From Malacoraja senta (taxonomy: Eukaryota): DNA of 64,000 nt. Under the pieces are notes generated by a model. The model did no database searches and was not told the DNA's origin. It saw nothing but the letters and a program-made list of their open reading frames with translations. Numbering within the stretch: position 1 is the stretch's first letter; each line of letters begins with the position of its first letter. The DNA lies in NCBI GenBank assembly GCA_038087875.1, contig CM075980.1, forward strand, positions 64,976,001 through 65,040,000. The letters run 5' to 3'. Below are positions 38,601 to 51,900 of this stretch, one piece after another. Both the position numbers and the translations under genes were made by a program.

Positions 38601-41600
38601 ATGTAAAATGGCAACAATCTAACAAGTGGAATCTAATGTGGGAAAATGTGAGATTGTCCATTTTATCTGGAAAAATATATTAAAAAAATCTAAATGATTT
38701 TGGATGCAGAGCTCTAAGTTGCAGAGAGAGCTCTTAGTGCATGATTTACAAAAAGGCTTATATGTAGGTACAGAAAGTAATTTGGAAAGCTAACAGAATG
38801 TTATTGTTTATTTTTTGGGGAACTGAATACAAAGGAAGCAAGATTATGCTTCAGTTATAAAAGTGAATCCCAAGACCTCAGGTTTCCTTATTTAAAGAAG
38901 AAACTTAATGCATTGTTCAGAGACTGTTTCCTAGATTCAAGCCTGGAATGGATGGGTTGTCTTATGAGAAAGGATGGACAAGCTACACTCGTATCCATTG
39001 TGGCAGTGATTCCATGGAATCAGAGGTGGTACTAGTGGAACTCTTTAAATGTGATGGGTCATCTATTAAAGCCATGGATGAGGTGATTTTTTTTCTCTTG
39101 GAGATGTGAGAGTCTGTGGCGCCTTCACGCCCACGTTGGTTTTGCATACAGTCTGTCACCGCTGGCGACTCGCCAGCAGCCTCACGAGAAGGTCCAGCCA
39201 CAAGAGCTCAATAACAACTCCAAGGTCAGATGCACTAATTGGACTTATCTGCACACAGGTTATGATTGGTGATAATATAGGTAAATGGGGCTTCTGGAAT
39301 AAATGTGACACAAGGTGTCTGGCTCAACTAACCCCATTGCTGCATGCAACCTTCCACTTACTCATGAATGTATGATAATAAAAGTGATACGGTGTCAGTC
39401 GACAAAGTAAAACTCGCGTCCCAATCCTATTTGCAACCAAAGCGAAAGCGTGGTTTTCAATACTAGAACATCGATTTCATTCCCTCAATGTCATGTGCCA
39501 ACGGATGAAATTCAGGTTCCTAGCAGCTCCAGAGTAGATCGCATGGGAAGTAGAGGACGTGCTCCTTAATCCTGAAGAAATGGCGCCAAAGGACGTGCTT
39601 AAATCCGTTATCTTGGAGCGAACGCAGCCCTCGAAGCAAGCTCGCATTTTGGAGCTGCTTGGAGATGATAATCTTGATGATAGCAGATCATCACAAATGC
39701 TGCGGAGATGGCGCAGGCTGGCCGCAGACGAAAAGACCGACAGCGATGTTGGAAACAGAAGTCTCTCCGCTGAATGCTTACTCAGGTGCAGGGGCTCCTG
39801 ATAGGTATGTTTCAGTCGGCCAGCATAGATGAGCTCGCAAAACAGGCTGACATTATCATGGAGACAACCACTGCACTGTAGGTGACCGTGGTTAATGCAA
39901 CAACAGTAAAGCCGGAAAATGGACAGCGGGAACAGCAAATTGCAGCGCTCTGCACGTCGAGGCTTTGGCAGTCCAGCAGAACCATCCCAGTTTCGGGTTT
40001 AACGTAAACCTTGAGGGTCGGGGACGGGGCTGAGGCGACGCCCAACGCATTTGCTGGAAACACCAGAAATATGGTTCAGCGGTCGTGTCAACCTCCTTGT
40101 TCCTGCAACAAACATGAACACCTGGGAAACGACAAGGCCTGGCAGTGAGAGGCGACTGCTGCCCGCAGGCAAACAAGCCACCGCCTTTTTCTCAGCGACT
40201 GCCTTTCGGGTATGCACGCTCTCATTGACTCCCACGCCAAGTTATCAGTCGTTCCTCCCAGTTCCCAAGAGCGTTTTCACCCCAACCCCAGATGTATTTT
40301 CACCGCCGCGAACAATTCTAGCATAGACATTTGGTCAGAAATGAGTTACGCTCGAGTTCAGTTTGCAGAAAACGTTTCGCTGAATTTTCACAGTCGCCGA
40401 CATATCAAAACCCATTATCGGAGCGGATTTTCTTTCACTCTCCTTTGCTGGTGGATTTAAAAAATCGCCGCTTAAGTGATTACTACACCCGCGCACAGGT
40501 GAACTGCATCTGCCGTCCGGCAATGACTATCTCTCAACTTACCAGTTTCCAACCCAGCACCGGCTCATATCAGGAGTTACTTAAACAATTTCCACGACTA
40601 ATAAATCCGTCCTACCGACACAACGATATCAAACGCTCTGTCACGCATCATATTCAGATCCGTGGTCCTCCACTTTCGGCAAGAGCACGCAGGTTACCCG
40701 TTAATCGCCTCAAAGTCACGAAGGCCGAATTTAACCATATGGTGGAGCTCCGGATCATCCACAGCATCACCTCTTCACGTGGTCCCAAAGACATCTCCCG
40801 GAGATTGGCAACCCTGCGGCGACTGCCATTCACTAAACAATGCTACTATTCCAGATCGATACAGCATCCCACATTTGCAGGATTTCTCTGCAAGCCTACA
40901 GGGTAAGTGGGTGTTCGCAAGCGTTAATCTTGTGCGCACGTATTATCAAATTCCGGTCGAGCTTGCCGATATTCCCAAAACAGCCGTGGTCACTCCATTC
41001 AGGACTTTTGAATTTCTACGGATGCCGTTTGGTTTACACAATCGTTCCAGCGTTTCATGGACCACGTACTCTCCGGTCTCGATTTCACCGACGCATACAT
41101 CGACGGCGTGTTGGTAGCGAGCTCCAGCGTCTCGACGAATATGGTATTGTCATTAACACGAACAAATGCGTGTTTGGCGCTTGCGAATTCACATTCCTCG
41201 GGCATCGCGTGACAGAGAACGGCATCCTGCCTGGTGAATCAAAGGTGCAGGAAATCCGAAACAACCCAGTGCCAAATTTGTTAAACCAATTCTGGCAATT
41301 TTTGGGGACGATGAATTTCTACCGCCGCTTTCTACCAAATGCCATAGGTTCCCTATTACCCTTGACCAACTTACTCATAGGTTCAGACAAATCGTCTTCT
41401 AAGAAATCGTTATGTTTACCCGAGGATGCAGTGCAAGCTTTCAACGCCGCAAGGAGGACTCTCGCCGACGCAACTATGCTGGTCCATCAGAGGCCCAATG
41501 CTTTATTTTCACACCACTGATACCTCCGTCAACGCCGTGGGAGCCGTCATGGAGCAGCGAGTCAATAGCGGGTGGGAGCCTCTGGCATTCTTTTCGGCAA

Positions 41601-42939
41601 AATTATCATCCACTCAGATGAGGTACAGTACGTTCGGATGAAAACTTTTGGCTATGTACCTCGCCGTCAAGCATTTCCGCCATCTGTTGGAAGGCCGTCC
41701 CTTATACAGATCAACCGCTCACATGCACCACTCGTACAAATGTGGGGGGCTATTCACCGTGGGAAATCCGCCACTTGGACTTCTGCAATTTTCCAGTGAC
41801 ATCAGGCACATTCAAGGAAAAGCAAATCCAGTTGCCGATGCCCTATCAAGACTGGAGGTGGATGCTCTGAATGCGGCCACACTCATCGATTTTTAAGCCA
41901 TGGCTCGCACGCAGCATACTGATCCCAATCTTATCCATTACAGCCCTAAAATTGGAAGATGTACTTATCGGTGACACGAGATAAACCATCATATGTGACA
42001 TTTCCACTGGCAAACCAAGGCCGTTTGTGCCTACGATGATGCGTTGGGAAGTTTTCAGCATGCTGCACAACTTATCACATCCGGGCAAGAAGGCTACGAT
42101 TAAACTAATCTGCAAACGTCTCATCTGGCCTTTCATCAAGTGTGACGTTGGATTATGGGTGAAGACTTGGCCACCGTGTCAACAATACAAGATCTCCAGG
42201 TACACTAGGACCACTTTTGGTGAGTTTCCTGTACCGAACACCCGTTTCGATCACGTGCACCTGGACTTGGTTGGCCCACTCCCACCTTCAAGAAACTACA
42301 CATATCTGTTCACTTGATGGTAAGATGCTATCCCAGTCAGCAACATTTCTGCGGAAACAATAGCCCGCGTTTTTGTTGACTGATGGATTTCGGTCTTTGG
42401 GTTCCCAGGTATGATCACAACAGACAGAGGTCCGCAATTTGAGTCTGCGCTGTTTCAAACACTAACCAATCTCTTGGGTACGAACCAGATTAGAACGACG
42501 TTGTATCATCCACAAGCGAACAGCCTGATTGAACGGTTCCATCGCCTGTTGTAAGCCACTCTGGCAGCTGGAGGAGACACGTCGAACTGGAGTGAACGGT
42601 TGCCTCTGGTTCTGCTTGGCATTCGTACGGCGGTGAAAGCAGACCTAGGATTTTCATCGGCGGAAATGGTTTAGGGCACAACTCTGAAGCTGCCTGGCAA
42701 ATTTGTCGAACCAATCCCCATAGACATATCCTATTATCCAAGCAAGTATGTCGATCGATTATGATGAACTATGCAGCTACTCAGGCCAACACCGACACGG
42801 TGAACACCTGCAATGGTCTATGAGCCGGCTGACCTCCAACACTGCACACATGTTTTGGTCAGGACCTTACCAAGTCACCCAACGCCTACCCAAAGGTTTG
42901 ATGATCTACCGGAAAGGAAAAACTGACACCATATCCGTC

Positions 42940-42976
<37 letters not shown>

Positions 42977-45900
42977 TAATTTTTTTTTTATCACATCTTC
43001 GTGAAAAAACAACATGGTCTTTTTACATATTCCGGTAGAGATCTTTCCCCTGGAGCCTATCTGAGAATTTCATCCTTTATTTCTCGAGTTATTAATGAAA
43101 ATGTGCAAAAATCGGACAAAACTTTGAATTTAGAAACTACTGTCTTTCGCTGATGGGTCGTCACAATGGGTCTGCTGCGTGTGCCTTCTTCCTCGCGCTG
43201 CGAGTGACGTCAACCCTCCCACCCCTCCCTCCTCCCCCGTTATTCAAAATACGCAGCCGGAGATGAAATTGGGCCTTCGACTGAAGGCCAAAGAGCATAG
43301 CTGAAAACTGAGGCGGCCCAACTCGCGGCCCCCCACTCGCCCGCCCGCCCCCCCCACTCGCCCGCCCGCCCCTCCCTCACCCACCCGCCCCCCCCTCGCC
43401 GCCGCGCTCGGGGTCCTCATGTCGGCGCATGGTGGGGAGGTTGCTGCCATCCTCTGCCTCTGTCGCTGCCCTCTGCCCCAGCCTCTGCCCCAGCCTCTGC
43501 ACCTGCCCTCTGGTCTCTGCCCCCTGCCCTCTGCCCTGCCCGCTGCTTGCCTCTGCCCTTGCTCTCTCTACCCCCTCCCTCTCTAGCCGCACCTGCGAGT
43601 TGCGTGAGTGGATAGGACGGGGGATGGGGTAAAAGGAGCGAATGAATAATAATATCNNNNNNNNNNNNNNNNNNNNNNNNNNNNNNNNNNNNNNNNNNNN
43701 NNNNNNNNNNNNNNNNNNNNNNNNNNNNNNNNNNNNNNNNNNNNNNNNNNNNNNNNNNNNNNNNNNNNNNNNNNNNNNNNNNNNNNNNNNNNNNNNNNNN
43801 NNNNNNNNNNNNNNNNNNNNNNNNNNNNNNNNNNNNNNNNNNNNNNNNNNNNNNNNTCTCACTTAGACACCTGGAAACATGGTCATAATTATCCCAATCT
43901 CTACAATAGCCTAATTTCTTGAAAACTTTAGTAATCTCTGTAAATGATTGTGAAAATTATTGGATTATTGTAAAACACATCTATTTCATTAATGCCCTTC
44001 AAAGAAAGAAATTAGCCACAGCTCTCATAGCTTGAAAACTGGATATTGATATCTGTTTCTATAAACTGAGATGAACCAATGGTTATTTCATTGGGACTAA
44101 TTTCTGCCAGTTGATTTATCTATTGTTGTTGCTGACTGAGAGGATTAATTTACTGTCTATAATCTTTATTCAAAATGTTTCAAACAAATCACTAGAAATA
44201 AGTCAAACATTCCACGCAGTTGCAAGCTTTCCTCAAATGCTGACCACCTACTTATGAGAAAACAATTTAAGTTCCCTTTGTTGCGAAACTGCAGAGAACT
44301 TTAGAGGTACATCTTTCTTCTTATCACAAAGAAGATCATGAGGTGGCCCATGTTGGTTTGCAGCAAATCATAAAAACAATGATGAAAAGGTTTATCTGTT
44401 TAACTTTAAAAAAGTATTTATCAAAAACTGGGGACTTAATTGTTTACCAGGGAAATATAATGTATATAATAATGCTGCTGACCCCCTTAAAAAGTAAACC
44501 AAACTCATTTTAGCTTCTGAGGAAGAGATGTGCAAAGTTTCCACTTGAGATTTTCCAGAAGCAGAATTGTATTGGGCACCAATACCTGGAACATTAATCT
44601 GGTGTTTGTAATATTTCAGTGGAATTTACGAAGAGGGCATTAGGTTCCATCTTTTTCCATTTTTCATTTTTAACACATACCTCACAATCCGTTGTCATGT
44701 TGCAACCAGATATTATTAAAGGGATAACCAATTAAGTATTGGCATTAAGTATTTACCTTACTCTAGATAAAAATAAAATATAAAAATTACTTTGTCAGGA
44801 TCTACTGTTTCAACAAGTCTCTCCAGAGAAGGCATCCAGCTAGGAGCCAGATGACAGTTTTGAAAAAACACCCACTTTCCACGTTCCATAGAATTATGCA
44901 TCATGGCTTCTGCTCTTGGCCCCTGCAAAAATCAAAAATCACCTATGATGATGGCGCACTGCAGTTATTCTATGTCTAAAGAAATACATGGACAGTGACC
45001 TTCCATTCCTCAGTGGAAGTGAGCCTCCTCAATCTCAAGGACTGCCAAGAAGAGGACACTGCATACTGCCAGCTTCGATGAGCAACACGTCATGCCATAG
45101 TGAACAATGTAATGAGCAATTTAAGTATGCTTAAAATATTTTTAGACTCTGGAGTCATTAACACCTGGCTCTGCTTGGCAGTATGTAGTTATTATTTCTG
45201 ACATATTCCAATCTTTGTGCAAGTTCATTGACCTGAAGGGTCAATTTACATACTAAGTATGTCCAGTGTACTTTATTTCTAGTCTCAATCAACATATTAT
45301 TATTATAGCTGTATATCCAATGTTGGCACAATGAGAAACATATTAAAGAAACCGAGGATGCATTGTGCGAAATTGTTTGGGAGCTTTATTCCTTACCTGC
45401 CCCTGTCCTAATGAGATAGCACTCATTTTTTTGGAAAATTTCATCTCTTCTGCAAACTTGTACAGGTCAGCTGCAGGATCTGTGCCCGGGGACAGCACGA
45501 ATATCAGTGGAATGCTGGGAGCTGAATCTTTAAAAACTGCGGACAGGTCTGAGGTCTGAAACAAATAATATCAATTTTTAAAACATTTCAAGAAATATTG
45601 TAACACTGATATGACCAGCAGAATCTGTATGAACGAATGATAAATTTGCATTTATGATGCTTAATCAATGATATTAAAGCATGAAGTGTAATGGCTCCAG
45701 GGTTGCCTACCAGAGGTCTGTGCTTCTAATGCATTACTTGGATATTTGTTAGCTTCCATCTATACTGAATTTGAAGCCGACACATCAGTCATTAGACAAA
45801 CATGTTAAAATGGAACTGACTGTCTCTTGCATGCTGGAAAGAATGAACTTGAAGTTCTTACATTTAGTATCTGATTTCCCCATGTTCTTGACTGCGCCAC

Positions 45901-48900
45901 GCAGTCCTGCCAATGCACCAAGCATGCACCTCCCCATCAGCCTTTCGATGTTGTCCCATTAAAATTTGGACCTGAGCTTTCTGAGGCAGAATTTGTGTGC
46001 AACTATGCCCTAGAGTATCTGGAATATGGGCTACCCTTTCCTCCTGCCTTTGCGACAGGGTCTCGTGCCTGTGACTCAATACTCAGTAATCAAGCCTCTA
46101 ATTTACACACTGCAGTGGTATGCTATAATTGAATAAGTAGCCGTGTGGAAAAGTTGTGGGACACATAGATGTGAGACTTGAAATTGTGGTAAATGTGCAG
46201 GGATGCATAGGGCCATCTTGAGGAAAGGCAGGAGTTCTGATTGTTGGAGCTGTATGGTGCGTAGCATGTGTGGCTAGTGATGCAATTATTGAGAGGTAAG
46301 ATGGTGTCTTCACTGACCAGGACCTTACATGTAACATTATTACATTTACTACTGCATTTCATATATCTCATTTGGGGTTTGTTTCTAGCACTTTGAATAT
46401 GACTGTGACCCACTGCTACTTGGTTATCACTCTATGGGGCTTACTGGGTCCATCAAGTAATGAGCCTTATTCTCGCTACTTCTTCTAATGAAGAATCCAG
46501 AACAGAACTTGAAAACAATGTCCCTCCCCACTCACCATCCATGCTTAGCCAGGCTTTCTCCCAGCTTCCATTGCTTGTAAAATGATTTCCACTACTGATT
46601 ACAGCTAAAGTGAATCTGCCCTTTAAATGCTAATCTCAATTAATATTAACTAAATAATAAATTGGTGCTAACTATGCATGCAATTAGACTTATAGATACA
46701 CAAGGAGGCAGTGAAGAGTGTGGTTGGTGCAGCCTGGATTCCGGAGCTATTATTATGAAGTTGGAACAGAGTTTTGGTATATGTTTGACTCTCTGGAGTT
46801 TGACCCAAATCATTGTAGCACAATTTTTCCTGTGGTGTATAATTTATCCCTGCACAATTTATTCAAAGGAAATTTCAGACATTGCTGGCTTTACCCCTCC
46901 ATATTTGCATCCAGAAAATGAATGTTTTCCAAAACAATAGTGGGTTGCCAAAACCATAAGAAGAACATAGATCAGTGTGAATTGAAATAAATACTTTCTA
47001 CTCCCACAATATCAATCAATCAATCAATCCTTTATTGTCATCTTGCAAGCAACAGTTGTACAGTGCAAAATGAAAAGACGTTTCCCAGGGAATACCGGAG
47101 CATCGCACATGAAATTTAAAACATTTCACACATAATAACACTAAAAACAATCCAGTCCCTGATGGAACAGTATAAATAGTTAAAAAGTAGGTAAAAACAA
47201 CGTTAAAATACAGTAAAAACCAATCATAAACATGTCCGTGGCAGCTGATTTGAGTGGCCAGTGCCAGTTATTAAAGTGGCCAGTGCCAGTTATTAAAGTG
47301 TCCGTGCCAAGCCGCAGAATCAGATGACTGTGAGTACAGAGTGGCTGTTTAGCAGCCTCACAGCATATGGCAGGAAGCTGTTTAGCAGTCTTGTAGGTCC
47401 GGGCTTTGATGCTGCGATATCTCTTGCCTGATGGCAGGAGATCCAGGTGTATGTGGAGGGGTGCAGTTTGTCCTTAGCAATTCTCTGAGCTTTTTTTCAG
47501 ACAGCGGCTCTGGAACAGTTCTTGTACCGAGGGTAGGGAGACGCCAATGATCCTCTCTGTTCCCCTCACTACCCTCTGCAGAGCCTTTCTGTCCGAGCAG
47601 TTGCAGGTGGAGTACCACGTATTTATGCAGTATGTGAGTACAGACTCCACCGTACCCCTGTAGAAAGTCCTGAGGATGTTGGTGGGGAGTGAGGCCTGTT
47701 TGAGTTTCCTTAGGAAGTGCAGTCGCTGATGAGCCCGTTTGACGGTCCCAGTGGTGTTCCTGGACCAGGTGAAGCTGTCTGTAATTTGCACACGAGGAAT
47801 TTTTTGCTCTCCACTCTCTCCACTGTGGCGCCACTGATGTTGAGGGATGTATGCTTTGGCTGCGCCCTCCTGAAGTCGGCAACCATCTCCTTTGTTTTGT
47901 CGACATTTAATTCTAGATTATTTTTGCCGCACCAGTCCACTAGTTGTTTTACTTCCTCCCTGTACATTGATTCATCATCTCCGCTGATGAGTCCCACCAC
48001 TGTTTTGTCATCCGCGAATTTTATGATCTTATTGTCCCTGAATCTGGCAGCACAGTCATGTGTGAGCAATGTGAACAACAGCGGGCTGAGCACACATATT
48101 TCAATTAGTGGTGATTGTTCACCTGGATATTTGTTTGTATGTCAACCACACATTATTAAAAAATATATTAAAAGTATTTAAATTAACATCTGAGTAAAAA
48201 ACTGCCATAATTTCTCAAAGATCAAAGCCTAATTGGGCTTTGGTGCTAAACACAAATGTTTGATGGCACACAAATGAGATCAATCCAATTTCTTGGCATA
48301 AATAAACATAGAAGAAAGAAGAAGAAAAAATAAAGGATACATTGAGATAGCTGAAAGAAGTAAGGTGGGAGAAAAACTAGTGTGAGCAGAAACAACAGCA
48401 CAGATCCATTGGATTAAATGTTTTTTTCTCTGTGCTGTAAAAGCTCTGTTTAAATTGATGTTGATCTCCTGGACTTTTTTGCATTGTTCAAAGAAAAGAA
48501 TACAAACAATGAGAATAGTACACAAAAAAATGTAATAATTGCATTTATTACAATTAATGTAATCCTTCAGGTCAACCTCTGTGTCAGGTCTCACGTTTGA
48601 TCTAGTTTCTGTTTCTTATTGTTTTTATTATTATTGGTTGCATTCTTGTTTTATTTTTGGTGTCTCACATCTCCTCTCGTTTCAGTTCCCATTTCCTGTC
48701 ATGTCGTTTCCCCTCGTGTGATTGTTGGCCCCCGCCCTGATGTGTTTCACCTGTGTCTCGTTATCCCCTGTTAAGCTGTGTATTTAAGCCCTTTGTGTTT
48801 TAGTTCTCATTGCCAGTTCGTTGTGTATGTTACTTTGTATCACCTCGTGCCAGCTCTAGAAATCTTTTGACCTTGTTATCTCGACCAGTGCCTGTTTTCG

Positions 48901-51900
48901 ACCACTGTTTTTGCCTGCTCCTAGATTGTACTGTTGCCTCCGTTTTTTGCTTACCTGTGTACCGACTTGGACCGATTAAACTCTGAAAACTGATCTGCCC
49001 TGTGTCTGAGCGTGCACTTGAGTCCTCCTCCTCGTTCAGTTCTGATATTACAAACTGGCCAACAATGGACTCAGGGGGCTCTGATCTTTTTCGTGCAGCA
49101 CTCCATAAGCAAGAGCAGCGCATCTCGCATTACGAGGGTCAACTCACCTCGATCTTCGCCGGGTTCCGGGATCTCGGCGAGCGTCAGCAGGGGTTCCAGG
49201 CGGACATCGGCTCACAGGTGAACACTTTAAGTTCCCGGTTTGAACACCTGGTTGCTCGGCTGGATTCTTTTTTCCCTGCCGCGGCTCCCGTGCCGGCCGA
49301 GTCTGTTTCCTTGTCTGTGTCTCCAGGAGCTCCGATGGCCACGGCTGCCGCAGCGTCTCCATTCGTCCACCTGGCAAGACCGGAACACTTCTCGGGGGAA
49401 TCGGAGAAGTGTAGACCTTTTTTGATTCAGTGTGGACTGCATTTCAAACTTCAAGCGGCTTCCTTTCCATCAGAACGCTCAAGGGTAGCCTTTATCATCA
49501 CGCACCTGTAGGGCAGAGCGGAAGCTTGGGCCACGGCGGAATGGTCTCGGAATTCTCCTGTTTGCCAGGCGTCAGTCCTGTTCATGGAAGCTCTGTCCCG
49601 CACGTTTGATCACTCCAATCCTGGCCGAGAGGCTTCACAGAACCTGGTCTCCATGAAACAAGGTAATCGCACAGTTATGGATTTTGCTATTGACTTTCGA
49701 ACTGTTGCTGCTAAGAGTGGATGGAGTGAGGCTGCTTTGTTGGATGCTTTTCGCAATGGATTGTCTGAAGCTATCAAAGATCAGTTGGCTCCACTAACCC
49801 TGCCTTCCGACTTCGAGTCTATGATTTCCCTGGCTGTCCAGATTGACGCTAGGCTCAGAGAAAGAGCGAGAGAGGAGATTGGCTGCAGTTCGGTCCTCCT
49901 CCCAGCAGTGGCGGCAGCATCGCCCCTTCGCCTTCCGGTCGGGACTTCTTCCCTCTCGACCGGTCCAGTCAGCCTACAGCGCCACCTGTCTCTTCGGAGG
50001 AGCCCATGCAGGTGGGACGAGCCAAACTCAGCCCGGAGGAGTGGCAGCGCCGCCTAAGGGAGGGGAGGTGTTTTTACTGTGGTGAACTGTGACATTTGTT
50101 GAACAGCTGTTCAGTAAAAGACAAAGCTCACCAATGAAAGAGGGACATTGGTGAGTTGTTACCGCTCCTATGAGCCTTTCCTCTCGTCAACTCACGGCTG
50201 TACAATTGTTGGTGCATTCCCAGCGTCACTCCCTGCAGGCTTTGGTTGATTCTGGGGCAGATGAGAACTTCTTGGACATTCGCTTGGCTGATGAATTCAA
50301 GCTGGAACGTGAACAGCTTCAAAATCCTCTGTAGGCTAGTGCACTGGATGGGCGCCTACTGTGCAGGGTAACTCACCGAACTCAACCTGTTCAACTCATC
50401 GTGGCAGGTAATCACATTGAGACCATCAGGTTTCACCTCCTCGACTCTTCTCTTCATCCTCTGGTTTTGGGTGTCTGATCATAATCCTCACATGAACTGG
50501 GGTACTAGGGAAGTAATTTCCTGGGGGAATAACTGTAAACTCACCTGTCTGGTGCATGATTCTTCTCCTGAGCCTATGAAGGATCTGTCGAGGAGCAGTT
50601 TTGCTGGGGTCCTTCCAGGACCACCCTCCGGCAGCCTCCCCGTTCAAGGGAGGGGGACTTTCCAGATCTCACCAATGTTCCCTCGTGTTATCTGGACCTG
50701 AAGGAGGTGTTCAACAAAGCCAAGGCCACATCTCTTCCGCCGCATAGACCGTACGACTGCTGCATCAACCTTCTGCCAGGTACAGCGCCTCCTAAGGGTC
50801 ATCTCTACTCCTTGTCTTCACCTGAGCGGCTCACCATGGAAAAGTACATTGGTGACGGCCTTGCTGCTGGGATCATCAGACCTTCCTCTTCACCTGCAGG
50901 AGCTGGATTCTTCTTTGTGGATAAAAAGGATAAAACACTTCGGCCCTGCATTGACTACAGAGGACTCAATGACATTACTGTTAAGAACAGGTACCCTCTT
51001 CCTCTAATCTCCTCTGCATTTGAACTGTTAAAAGACGCTAAAGTATTCACTAAGTTAGATCTTAGAAATGCTTATCATCTGGTGAGGATAAGGGAGGGGG
51101 ATGAATGGAAAACTGCGTTTAACACATCCAGTGGTCACTATGAATATCTGGTCATGCCGTTTGGTCTTACTAATGCTCCAGCAGTTTTTCAAGGCCTGGT
51201 TAATGATGTATTATGTGACATGCTGAACAAATTTGTGTTTGTGTACCTTGATGACATTTTGATCTTTTCTCCAGACGAAACTTCCCATGTGCAGCATGTA
51301 CACCAGGTGCTGGAACGTTTGCTCCAGAATGATCTGTTTGTGAAAGCTGAGAAATGTGAATTTCATGCTAACACTGTTCTATTCCTTGGTTATGTTGTAT
51401 CACCTGCTGGTATACAGATGGACCCGAGCAAGGTCAGTGCTGTGGCCAACTGGCCTACACCCTCCAGTCGTAAGCGACTTCAGGGGTTCCTTGGGTTTGC
51501 TAATTTTTATAGGAAGTTTATCCGGAACTTTAGTGTCACTGCTGCACCACTTCATGCTCTCACCTCACCCCACGTGCCTTTCTCTTGGTCCCCTCAAGCA
51601 GAAACTGCATTTATGAGACTCAAGAGGAGCTTCACCTCAGCCCCCATCCTGGTTCACCCTGACCCGGCACTTCAGTTCGTGGTTGAGGTGGACGCCTCGG
51701 GTGTGGGCATCGGGGCCGTACTCTCCCAGAAATCCCCCTCAGATGGTCGACTGCATCCCTGCGCTTTCCTCTAAAAAAAACTTTCGCCTGCTGAGAGAAA
51801 TTACGATGTGGGTAACCGTGAACTGTTAGCGGTTAAAGCAGCCTTGGAGGAATGGAGACACTGGTTGGAGGGCACCGAGCAGCCGTTTCTAGTTTGGACA

